A stretch of DNA of 63,559 nt, filler included, from Asterionella formosa (lineage: Eukaryota), in the NCBI GenBank assembly GCA_002256025.1. It is 9 parts of 9 records of this genome, joined end to end, with 100 filler letters (N's around TTAATTAATTAA, not from the genome) between each part and the next. Parts side by side here need not be neighbours in the genome. Positions count along the whole stretch, not along the records: positions 1 to 6,986 come from NKIB01012555.1; positions 7,087 to 14,068 come from NKIB01012556.1; 7 more parts are not named here. One strand, given 5' to 3'. Shown here in pieces: positions 1 through 10,659 of the stretch. The translations under genes and the position numbers were made by a program. Under the pieces are notes generated by a model. The model did not search any database. It was not told the origin of the DNA and saw only the letters and a program-made list of their open reading frames with translations. The first letter of the stretch is position 1; each line of letters opens with the position of its first letter.

Positions 1-194
1 TTCCATTGCATATCTTCCTTCAATAGGTCAAACTCGTCATCCTTGAGCATTTGCCTTCCAGTGGCATCGTAGGACTGAAGCGCGTCCAGAAAGATACGCT
101 CCTTTTCGGCTACTGTGAGACGAATGAGTTCCCCACTTTCCGGATCGACGACACAGTATTCCTTGTCAGGACTAGTTTCGTTTTTGCTTGATTC
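1..194 (-). CDS. PGRL1: PGRL1 (PGR5-like 1) fragment, running off the contig; possibly a disrupted copy
   Basis: Not in the ORF track. Manual translation from 194 gives ESSKNETSPDKEYCVVDPESGELIRLTVAEKERIFLDALQSYDATGRQMLKDDEFDLLKEDMQW, matching the PGRL1 signature E.E..FL.ALQ.YY..G...L..EEFD.LKE.L.W. No in-frame 5' exon could be reconstructed. Confidence 0.7.
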
Positions 195-305
195 CTATGG
201 GGAAAGATGGAAGTAAGAATTTTTATTTACTCATAAATAGTTACTAACAAAATGGTTATTTGTTTTTAATCAAGTACAGCCATTTGCAAATAATTCTTTT
301 GCTCC

Positions 306-502
306 ATCGACCGAGTCGGACAAGAGTGTCAGGTCAGTTCTTGTCACATCTCTTCGTTCCAACCACTCCTCATATTCGAAACCGTTTGATTTGTCGTTGT
401 GGCAATTTTTGTTGCGCAGGAAGTCACAAATAGGCGGGAGACATCCATCCACCAAGTCGGACAGAAGTGTCATGTCAGTTCTTGTCACGTCTCTTCGTTC
501 CA
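306..502 (-). repeat. Two-copy duplication encoding ERRDVTRTD(L/M)TLLSD.VDG
   Basis: gtcggacaagagtgtcaggtcagttcttgtcacatctcttcgttccaa at ~315-362 recurs at ~455-503. Confidence 0.8.
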
Positions 503-1049
503 ACTCCTCTTATTCGAGTTGTTCAATAATTCAGTAGAAATACAGCAGCAGCTGGCAGCATGACAAACAGCACGCCAAGGCACACTAACAGCTCATGATT
601 TACGGAGCCCTGTTATCATATGACATTAACACAGAATCAGAAAGCAACAATACTCAATCCTGGATTTCATCCGAATGCTCCTGAATTGAAAGGGGTTGCT
701 GCAATGTTAATTGAATCCTCGACTCAAATAAAAGAACTCTGCAATACAGTTGAATGGTGAGTGTGTTCTTGTTGTGTACCTAAATGCTAGTATGGCTTGT
801 CAGCTCACGCATTGTTGTTGACAACAGGCAGGGACAATGAGGTCCGGAATGAAAGTTGTTCTGGTAAGATTACTGCGCTATTTTGACGGCTATATGAGCA
901 ACGCTACTGATAACTCACACTGATCTTCCTCTACATTCATTTGACATTGCAGCAAACCCTTTCAGTGCTTGAGCATTCGCATGCCGTTCCGAATGAGCAG
1001 GCTTTATTTTATTCATGAAACTCTTTAATTTAGTTTTGAATTACCTGCA

Positions 1050-1400
1050 GTAAAATAGTTGAACAACCTTCAAAAAATAGTGGAATGGCCTTCAGATAAT
1101 TAGTTGAACAACCTTGTGATAATTAGTTGAATGAACTCCAGAAAATTACGTAAAAAATTATACATATTAAGTGAACTTTATTCTAGAATTATGTGAACGA
1201 AATTATAAGGCAATGAGAACTAAATTACAGAATTACGTGAAGTATTTCAAATAATTATGTGAAGGTGATCACATAATATAGTGATGATCAGGAATGCATG
1301 CATGATACTCTGATCAAATAATTAACGTGATGTATTCAGATAATATATAGATATATTCAAGTAAGCATTTTGATGTATTCAACCAATTCATGTGATGCAT
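1050..1400. repeat. AT-rich degenerate short-repeat tract (tagttgaacaacctt / aattatgtgaa variants), probably TE subterminal DNA
   Basis: Repeated motifs are visible; gtgatcacataat is shared with the tract at ~14537. Confidence 0.4.
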
Positions 1401-1454
1401 TCAAAATCAACTAGGCTTATTTATGCGATGGTCACTTCACGTAATACGCGGCTT

Positions 1455-1862
1455 AGATGTACATTGTCACTTGGAAACGGAATTATTTGTTCTACGTCTA
1501 CAAAACAAAAAGTGAACACTAGAAGTTCTACTGAAGCAGAATTGGTTGGTGTCGACGACATTATATCAAAGGTGTTGTGGACGAAATTATTTATTGAAGC
1601 ACAAGGACACAAGGTGACTACGAATGTCATTTACCGTGACAACACTAGTGCAATGAAGCTAGAAGCAAATGGAAAAGCAAGTTCAGGAAAATGCACGCGA
1701 CATTTCAACATCCAGTATTTTTATATTACTGATCTTATTGAAAGAAAGGAAGTACAGATTAAGTACTGTCCAACGGATGTAATGTTAGCAGACTACATGA
1801 CAAAACCACTGGTTGGAACGAAACTTATTCATTTTCGTCAGCAAATTATGAATTCAAAGTGA
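1455..1862 (+). mobile_element. Ty1/copia RNase H 3' fragment
   Basis: KQKVNTRSSTEAELVG, YRDNTSAMKLE.NG..SSGK.TRHF.I.YFYITD, YCPTD.M.ADYMTKPL.G. Confidence 0.92.
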
Positions 1863-1871
1863 GCAGGATTG

Positions 1872-2148
1872 TGTTGGAGAAATTATTTTAGGAAGGAAAA
1901 TCACGGTATGAATTACCTACTACATATTGAGTCTAATGAATCAAAAAGAATATGGTACCAGAAAGAACAACTCAGAATTCGAAAACAATCTGCATCGCCA
2001 GTAAAACCCATAATTCTACTAAAACTCTTAGGAACGATTACAATCGATTACGGATAGATCGTTGTTCATATCTACTGCCTATTTGGTCCCTGACGTGTCC
2101 TTACAGGATACAAGAAAGCATAGAGTGCTTCGGGACGCAATTTCAACA
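1872..2148 (+). mobile_element. 3' LTR of the copia element (~277 bp)
   Basis: Follows the pol stop and a PPT-like gcaggattg; begins TGTTGGAGAAATT and ends AATTTCAACA (TG..CA, inverted ends); a homologous piece lies at 60788-60912. Confidence 0.75.
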
Positions 2149-2806
2149 ATGGTTGTGGAGCACTTCGGAACTTGGCAGGAGGTATCACTACAATTCTGTC
2201 TGCAATGACGACTCGTCCATCCAATGCTAAAGTGCAACACTTTGGTTGTGGAGTACTTGCCTTCTTGGCAGCGAAAATTAACAACAACAAAGTGATGATT
2301 GCTGCAGCAGGAGGTATCACTTCGATTCTGAGTGCAATGAAGACTCATTCCTCCAATGCTAACGTGCAAGATCATGGTTGTGCAGCACTTGATAACTTGG
2401 CTGAGAATAATGAAAGCAACAAGGTGGCAATTGCTGATGTAGGAGGTATCAATATGATTCTGTCTACGATGAAGTCTCATTTATCCAATGCTAATGTACA
2501 ACACCAAGGTTGTGTAGCCTTTTGGAACTTGACTGACAATAATGAAAACAACAAGGTAACGATAGCTGAAGCAGGAGGTTTCCCTACAATTCTGGCTGCG
2601 ATGAAGACTCATTCATGAAATGCTGACGTGCAAGAGTATGTTTGTGGGGCACTTGCAAACTTGGCTTTGAATAATTGCGACAACAAGGTGACTATATCCG
2701 ATGCTGGTGGAAAAGCCGTAATTGAGTCTGCTATGCGAAATTACTTATCCAATGTTGGTGTTCAAGAAAAAGGGAATGGAGCACTTTGCCTATTGACCCA
2801 ACAGTA
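2149..2806 (+). pseudogene. Armadillo-repeat (aardvark-like) protein pseudogene, 5' end cut by the LTR
   Basis: About five repeats of AGGI..ILSAMKTH.SNA.VQ..GC.AL.NLA.NN..NKV.IA; in-frame TGA at 2616-2618, after which the repeat frame continues to TAG at 2804-2806. Confidence 0.85.
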
Positions 2807-5102
2807 GACACAGACTTTATGGTTATATGTATGAGGATCAATTTGTATTTGTTTTTGTAATTAATACTTAACTGTTACAATAGTTGAATATTTCAAGTCT
2901 TTACAACCCTCTTCTTTTGATGGCGGACATGCAACCATTTGTGCATCAAATGTTCATTGAAAAAAATGGGCAATTGAAAGTCATTGTAAAAAGCATGCTA
3001 ATGAGTCTTTTGTTCTCTTAGCCCTACTAGCTTAGCTAATAAATAATGTTTTCATGATGCCAATCGACTGAAGCGAAATGAGGGGTCAAACATTGCATTT
3101 TGATTTTCAACTTTTATAGTCTGGAAGAATGCTGTCAAGATTCGCCAAGAGATGAAGAAGTAGAAAATCGTAAGAAAGCGCATCGATTTCATAATTTCGG
3201 AGATTCATCACTTGTATTTATTAATTAATTCGTAGAAACCTTCATAGGCTTTTTCCCCCTGTGATCACAACACAATAAAGCTAGCACAGTGATCACAACA
3301 CGGTACCATTAATATATTACATCATCCTAAACACACACCTCCGGAATTATGATCCTTGTCCTTCATTTGTCTTGATTGCTTCGTTTTTACTCTTGCAGCA
3401 TCTCATCGGTTGATTTTAGTGTTTAGGCGGTCGCCCGGAGCTGAGAGAATTGTGCACAGTGTCCCCAATGTGACAATCATTCTGAGTAGTAACTTTCAAA
3501 GAACAGTAAGTGACGACAAGCAAGCAGACCGGATATGGAAACACAACTTTGTCCACCAGAATCTCACTCAAAAGGTTTCCTTTTTCATACCTCCTCCTCT
3601 TTCTTGCGGAAGCAGCTGTAAAGATAATACGAGGAATGGGTGTTGTATCAGGTACCATCATGCATGGTAACTTGCGAGCCGGTTGATTGCAACAAACTGA
3701 TAGGTACATCATGGTTGCTCTTTGCTTCTAATGATAACAAGCCATAAGGTTGTTCCTTTTGGGAAAACCTCCAAACACACAAAATCACCGTTGCGAAAGC
3801 TCACTCAAATGATGGCAAACATGACGCTTCTGGCAAACCGCATGCCATAAAGTACACAAAAAGAGCGGTTCTAATGGTGTAAAAGGAAGCGACTCAATAA
3901 CAGGAAACAAGCGTAAAGTAGCTGATATTAATGCAAATAATTACAATCGTGATGATGTTGACCTTGCAATGGCATCAAAGCATGAAGTATTTGCTGCCAA
4001 ACTGTCATGGGCAAAAGATACAGCCAAAGAATATGATCAAGATTTTTCAATTGCTAATAGAATAACCCGCATGGCGCTTACTGGCAACTTTAGATATTGT
4101 TTCGTTATTTCGGTTGCAATGCTTATGATCACAGGTGCTCAATCCGGATATGATCCTGAAAATTCTATTGACACTGTTGGTAACAAATATCAGTTTCGAT
4201 CTTGACCAGCTCTTGAAAGTTCTTGACCAAGAAGACTTTTTCCAATTTCTTAGGCAGCGCCTTGAAGACAACAGTCACTGAAGGTATGGGGGACAGCCCA
4301 CCACTGACAGGATGTACTTTCATTCCAGACGGCATCTGCCTTGGTTGATAAATAAAGTGCGGCCCCAAGGGGTTGTTCCAGCAAAAAGTCCTTGGCCTCT
4401 TCATATGTGACCTGCTGTTCTAGAGCTGATGCATGAGTGATGTAATTGTGACCACATGCATTGGTTATCCCACATCACTATATTTTCGCTGATTCTTTTT
4501 GAGTCTGGGGTGATGCACATGTATGGGAAGACACGAAAAAACGGCTAACTGTTTTGCCGGTACTGAGATTCATTTGTGAAATATATCTCTGTAAAGATTC
4601 AATTAAAATAATTATTTGTTTCTCTGTTAAGACCTGCCCTAAAACAATACTATCATATGATGTGAGGGATTGAAAAAGTGGTGTGAGGCTAGACTTTGAA
4701 TTACAGATACCATTTGATCAATCAATTGCACCAGTGTTAGAGATGCATCTGATGCTAAAGGTAGTACAGTACGATACCCAGTACCAGGGGACCACAGTGT
4801 GAACCAGCTTATTTCAAAGCGTCGGGCATGTGTATTGAGGCAGGTAGGCGCAGGTACGAAACTACACTCCACCAGGACCACTGTTTGAACCAGCATATTC
4901 AGAATTGTGCATGCCAATTGAGACCGGCAGGCGCAGGTCCAAACACTTGTCTTCGCATTGTTTGATCAAATTCCGTTCCCTCATGTGCTTCCACCTGGAA
5001 CTTTTTTTCTACATAGAAAATATACCAATGACGTAGATGATGACGTGTTTTCAGCAAATTTTATCATGATCCCCTTCCGGTCTATCAGGCCGTTGCTAAC
5101 CG

Positions 5103-5220
5103 TTGACCCAAACCAAAACCCAAAAACTTATTTTTGGATTGGTTTTGGTTTTGGTCAGACTGACGCAAAACAATGCTATCGGTTTTTGGTAAATCCTAAA
5201 TATTGTCAACCACCCATCTA
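5103..5220. repeat. Hairpin (tgacccaaaccaaaaccc...ggttttggttttggtca) next to a possible hAT-like terminus
   Basis: Imperfect inverted repeat at 5103-5157; cccatcta at 5213-5220 reads TAGATGGG on the minus strand. Confidence 0.35.
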
Positions 5221-5673
5221 CTGTGACATAGGATGACAAAGCCATTATAAAAAAGTAAAATATTTCTATTAGACTACTTTTATAAATGAAATATTATGAT
5301 TCCTATTTGGGAATTAGTTAGTTTTTCCCACAATTTGAGCGATGCTGCTGTCTCATCATCCAACTACCGGTAGTACACACCAGCATGTGAACATAGCAAC
5401 ATCTGTCAATCGCCGCTCATCCTCAATCATGGCGCCAGCACCCCTTCCAGCCAAGAAAGCTCGTTCTCCCTCTGCATGGCAAAAGGAGTTGCAAGTAACT
5501 GTTGCTGTTGCTGTTCCCATTAGTAGCATCTAGATATGATACGATGTTATGTGGGCAATGGTCACATGAATCCATGTGTGCCATGTTGGTGAAATGAGGG
5601 TTTGACAACATGGTGAAATCAGCAAAGATTTGTTGTTGTTGTTGTTCTTGCCAGTGTGGTACTACCAGAGTAC

Positions 5674-5880
5674 CAGGGAGTTGACGGAAACTCCGAAGTA
5701 CGAAAAGTCAGGTACAAAAACGGTGTTTTATCTAAAATCGACCTCGCATCACGTTTTCCCAAAAGAACGCGAAGTTCGCAAAAGACCGCAAAAGAATATC
5801 CGGGTTTTTCCGTTCTTTTGCGGTCTTTTGCGAACTTATGCGAACTTTTGCGGTCTTTTCGTTCGATCTCCGTCAGTGTG
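5674..5880 (+). mobile_element. MITE-like non-autonomous element with CAGGG terminus and internal palindrome
   Basis: Starts CAGGGAGTTGACGGAAACTCCG; internal inverted repeat cgcaaaagaccgcaaaagaa/ttcttttgcggtcttttgcg; a second copy at 7087-7243 shares the same boundary. Confidence 0.7.
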
Positions 5881-6986
5881 TTAAATATTTGTCATTATCA
5901 TCCACTGGTCAAATGGATAATGACTGCTTTTTTGAAACCAAGAACGATGCATTGAGCATGGTGTGACAACAAGTATCATAAATAATATGTACCAGTAATG
6001 TGTATTACTGGTATATTTAATTCCTTGAACATGATTCCGTGCTATAGAGGATCTATGGTTTTCTATCTACACAAAATTGAGAATACTCAGGACTCAGTAC
6101 ATACCAGGTACCAGGGTAATAGGGTATACGTTCGGTTCTGAAACTATCAGTATCGGTATATTTATCATCCGCATACCGGTACGTGAAGTTACATCAAGAT
6201 GCCGATATGTACTCTGATGGTGTCAGGTACCCTGGTACCACTGGTACCTGGTACCTGGTAAAGAAAATAATAGTTTTTCATAAAATCTAGACTATCCCGT
6301 AATATTATGTATTAATAAAATTACTTGAGGCTAGGGGAGGGGGAAGCAGCACAGGCGTTATCTGATGGCTGATGATGTTTTCTACCTGTAGGTATGGGGG
6401 ACGGAGGGTGTACCAACAACTGGTACTACCAGGCACAGTATACCGGTATTCTTATGTATATTTCTGTTGAAAGGTCTTGTACTCCTTCCCGTCTGACGGG
6501 TTCCTCTTACGTAGAACTTACCTGTTATACCAATAGTATTGTTATCTTCTTTCTGCTGGTTCTCGCTATTGACCATACTCTGTCAATTCTCACTGTTTCT
6601 TAATTATAAGCTTAAACTAAAACTAAGTTTCAATCCCATTCATCACACTTCGAGAACCTGTTCTTCGTGTTCCCTTTTCGTTGATGTAAACCTTCTTCTG
6701 ATTGATCTAAGGCATCAATCTCGTTAGCAAGCTTCTTGACATGGGAACGCACCATTTGACTCATTGGACTGTAGTCGAGTCCACAGTCCTTGTGACTCAT
6801 TATAGCCATTGATGCTATATTCTTGACATATTTCCACCTTCTATACCGGTAGATTATTCGAATTCATGGGAATTCACATGCATTGTCTTCAATCCTCACG
6901 CTTGTACACGCGGGACAAAAGTATAGAGCAGTACGGTAATTTGTACTAGACTAGTAGAAATTGCCTAATAAGAGTAGACAAAGCTA

Positions 6987-7086
6987 NNNNNNNNNNNNNN
7001 NNNNNNNNNNNNNNNNNNNNNNNNNNNNNNTTAATTAATTAANNNNNNNNNNNNNNNNNNNNNNNNNNNNNNNNNNNNNNNNNNNN
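6987..7086. other. Artificial contig linker N44-TTAATTAATTAA-N44 (also at 14069-14168, 21149-21248, 28222-28321, 35292-35391, 42360-42459, 49435-49534, 56498-56597)
   Basis: Identical 100-nt spacer with six-frame stop sequence every ~7 kb; contig lengths are nearly size-sorted (6986 down to 6962). Confidence 0.98.
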
Positions 7087-7243
7087 CCGGATATAAGACG
7101 TTTTTCTGCGGTCTTTTGCGATTTTTCGCGAACTTCGCGTTCTTTTGCGGTCGTTTGGGAAAACGTGATGCGAGGTCGATTTTAGATAAAACACCGTTTT
7201 TGTGCGTGACTTTTCGTACTTCGGAGTTTCCGTCAACTCCCTG
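7087..7243 (-). mobile_element. Second, contig-truncated copy of the CAGGG MITE-like element
   Basis: Reverse complement of ~5674-5800, ending ...cgtcaactccctg. Confidence 0.75.
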
Positions 7244-7310
7244 TTATCATATCCACTATTGGTACCGGTACCGGGTAGATGATTATCATTTGACCCACGC
7301 GTACCACTCC

Positions 7311-7787
7311 TAGAGTGCATTTCAAATGTTTGCAGAATCGCCAGGTCGTATGACACATAAACCATCGATCGTTGTATAGAGTGTATACCGGTATATATAC
7401 TATAGAGATGTACAATCTATAACTATATATTTACCAAGAAACTCGAAAAGGAATCTATGCATGTACGCGCAAATTTCCGATGATTTGAATATTTCAAATG
7501 GAATCTTGTTATTCAATAATAGCTCATAAAAGTTCTTTGTTCCAGGGAACTTCGGCAACCCTAAGCAATATTTTAATTTTAGCCAAAGGGTTGAAATGCA
7601 GGAACCTTGAGAATTTTATTAGCTATTTTTGAATGACGTGATTCCATTCCCTTTCGAGTTCGCTAATTATAAATATACAAACATTCTACATCGCTCAATT
7701 TATGTATATGCCCAAAACTGCCTATGATCAACATGTATATGTGTCATATGACCTTGCGGGTTGGCAAATATTTGAATGTGGATTCTA
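7311..7787. mobile_element. Degenerate fold-back element / long-TIR MITE
   Basis: Nested inverted arms: atttcaaatgtttgcagaatcgccaggtcgtatgacacata pairs with tatgtgtcatatgaccttgcgggttggcaaatatttgaat; actcgaaaagg with cccttttcgagt; aatggaatcttgttattcaataatagctcataaaagttct with agaattttattagctatttttgaatgacgtgattccatt. Confidence 0.7.
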
Positions 7788-7790
7788 TTC

Positions 7791-7883
7791 CTGCAAGTTG
7801 CGGTAATTTGCTGAAACCAAAGATTTAGCTATTTTTATCCCAGATTAAAATGTTAGTTTAAGCAAAATGACGGCAACTTGCAG
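7791..7883. mobile_element. ~93-bp micro-MITE
   Basis: TIRs CTGCAAGTTGCGGTAATTTGCT / AGCAAAATGACGGCAACTTGCAG; a second copy at 22370-22458. Confidence 0.75.
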
Positions 7884-8209
7884 TTATACATACGATCAAT
7901 GATGATCAGGTACTGGCAGTGGATACAATACTGAACCTCTTTGATCATGACTCAGGACATTCGGTTGACTTACAGAAGTATGTTTGTACACCTTTAGCGG
8001 TACCAGGTGGTAGTACAGTTGGTTTGAATTGGGGATTGCCTCAAAGTCGTCTAGAATGGTGACTACATGGTACCACCTAAAACTGCTTTGAACCTCTATT
8101 TCACTACGTTCGATCGATTAGTGCGACTAAACACTGAAATATTCATTTCAATCATCTTAGATGCTTCAGATGTTATCGAGAGGTGGGAGATTATGATTGG
8201 ACAAACTAG

Positions 8210-8318
8210 TATTCAACCAGATTCCATTGACAACACGCTTTGAACCTCTATGATGGATAGATTCGCTCGCCATTATTAACATTCATATCTTCTGTTGTCA
8301 ATGGAATCTGGTTGAATA
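8210..8318. repeat. Perfect 26-bp inverted repeat (MITE-like, ~109 bp)
   Basis: tattcaaccagattccattgacaaca ... tgttgtcaatggaatctggttgaata. Confidence 0.75.
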
Positions 8319-8329
8319 GTTTTCCCTTT

Positions 8330-10250
8330 GGGATTGCTCTCAGAGTCTCCATGCGATGCAGAAGGGCATCATATCGTTGCTGGGCAGCTAGCTAACTCCT
8401 TGTCAGTTTGGACATGTGTTGTAATCTGTTTTGATTCAATCGCCTTGTCAAGCATTTCAAGACCCAATCTGCAGGTGCCGCTTGTAAAAACTAACCCTGA
8501 GAAAAAAATCTTGTGATTGTCAATGGCTGTTTTTGCTGTTGCCTTTCGCTTTTGCATCTGCTCTATCGCATTAACTCCATTCCTTGCAATCTCGCGATTG
8601 CGATGTTCAACAATTGAATCTGTCAGTATTCCAGAAAGTCCGGTCGAAAGGTTCAAATCATGAGGGTGCATATGTGTGTCGCCATTTGGATGGCTGTCTC
8701 CACAAGATTTTCCCAGCCTCGTTCAGAGATTGCAGGTCGATTTGATCCAATTTTGGCGAAGGAGAATCGCCAAACCTTATTTGTGATGCTGATGATATCG
8801 TATTTTTCAATTACATATGGGAGGTCTGCCTGCAACTTCTTTGTAAGTAGTAACAAGTGTTTCTTTGCTTTACCAATGTTAATCTTGAAACTTCCATTCT
8901 GCTGGTAGCTAGGAATCTCCAAATTGCCAACACGAGGTGCCATTAAGCACGCCAATACATACACTCCATGGGTTAGCAGGATTGTTTATATATTCCAAGA
9001 AAGTCAACTGGACACGTGAGCCATGTCCATCAAGGAGTAGAAAGGGAGCAATGCCATCAGTTCTGTCAAACACTTCAGTTTTATCAATGACTTTCAGCAT
9101 AGCAACAAGGAGATCTGCAGTGATAGATCCACTTTCAGAGCAACAGCACATGATTGGTAGTAGTTTTTGGCCTTTGAACTCACCCACAGGACCCTGTGGA
9201 TATCATTTCCCGTCACCCCCTGTATTTGATTTCAGGTCGTCTCCTTCCCCCTCCCAGTCTGCAAATAAATCCAGTCCTTGTACCCAACCATACTCCAGTT
9301 CCTTTGCAGCGAAGATTATGGCGCACATTAGGGGTTCCCCGGTAGAAGCCATAAATCCCAGGACAGTGAAATGGGCTTCTTTCTGAGCACATTTTTGTTG
9401 AGGCCTTGCAGCTGCACCAAGTGCCAAGTGTTTCTCCCCTCCATAGTGACTATCCTTGGTTGGACTTGTATTGCTTCCCATCTCATCAACAAATATAAAT
9501 TTATCAGGGTGAAGGAGTTTGTATTGTGACTTTAGCCCAAATCCTTCTTCTTCCAGTTGAACAATGCTCCCTTCTTGATTGAACCAAGCTGGCTATTCCA
9601 ATTTTGTTGCATTTCCAGTCTTGGCCAGCTCCTCATAAACTTCGCCGTAGCTACATCTGCTGGAAGTTCTGAACAGTACACCACTCAGATTGTTTGACGT
9701 CAAATTTGATTCCTCTCTTGGCTTTGCTTTCACAAGATGCCCATTTCTCTGCATGAATCCTCGTCAGTAGCTCTAACCAGGTTCCACCAAGATTGAGCCT
9801 GCTCCCTCCTTATGAATTTGTTTGAATGTGCTAAAGTGTTTGAGTCTCCAGTCGTTCACTTTCGTCATAATTGATTTTGCCTCAACAAGCGAATTGGCAA
9901 GTTCTAGTCCCTGACGGCATGTGATGGATTGACGCATTTTGGCAAGTTGTCCTATCATCTTAACAATGTATGGTTCGACCTCAATCATCGGCGAAGCTGT
10001 CATTCTATTAAGTTCTCCTCCTGTGATATTCATGATGTTGCGCTTTGAACTGCTTTTGATTGTTTATTTATTTTCGTCTCAGGAGGAATACTTTGCCTCA
10101 AAACTATACTGGTTAGTGTGCCCTTCTTAAGTCTTGCTTTATGTTTATGTTTACTCTTTTTTCTCACACTTTTGTACTGGCCTCCTCTACGGAAAAATGG
10201 TAACAATGCTTGATTTCTGTTGTCATTGAAATTGAGGCTACTTTGGTTAA
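8330..10250 (-). pseudogene. DDE-1 (pogo/Tc5-like) DNA transposase, fragmented
   Basis: FIFVDEMGSNT, HFTVLGF.ASTGEPLMCAIIF, SGSIT..LL..ML..ID, PFLLLDGHGSR, WQFGDS; many frameshifts and stops. Confidence 0.85.
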
Positions 10251-10269
10251 CAACGACAGCAAGAGGGAA

Positions 10270-10480
10270 TGAAAGGCGGGCACAGGTAGTATGACTCCAG
10301 TCGATGCGGAAACTGCAGCAATGACAACAACAAGAAATGAAAAGACGGGCACAGGTACAACTCCAGCAGTCAAGGCGGAAACTGGAGCAACGGCTGCAAC
10401 AAGGAATGAAAAGGCAATAGTAGCAGGAGAAACTCCAAAAGCGGAAGCCGGAACAACGACTGCAGCAAGGGCTGCAAAGA
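10270..10480 (+). repeat. ~63-bp degenerate tandem repeats encoding RNEK.GTG.TPAV.AET.A
   Basis: Three to four copies of the aggaatgaaaag...actccag...gcggaaactg unit. Confidence 0.65.
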
Positions 10481-10659
10481 GAATCGAATATGCTAAATCA
10501 ATAACAAAGAAAAGACTGCAAGAATTACAGCAGGAAAAAAGGAAAAGAACACATCAGGAACAGGAAAAGCAGGGTCATGTGACATGACTGGCTGATGAGA
10601 AATACAATAAAATTGCGTATAAGCAACACAACAGGAACAGGAAAAACTAGATCATGTGA

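Noticed and set aside
2616..2618. In-frame TGA as selenocysteine or an alternative genetic code
   Set aside because: The position is Ser in sister repeats, the gene has other lesions, and intact genes in the window use TGA as stop.
5674..7243. A single 1.5-kb TIR element spanning both CAGGG copies
   Set aside because: The two copies are on different contigs across a linker.
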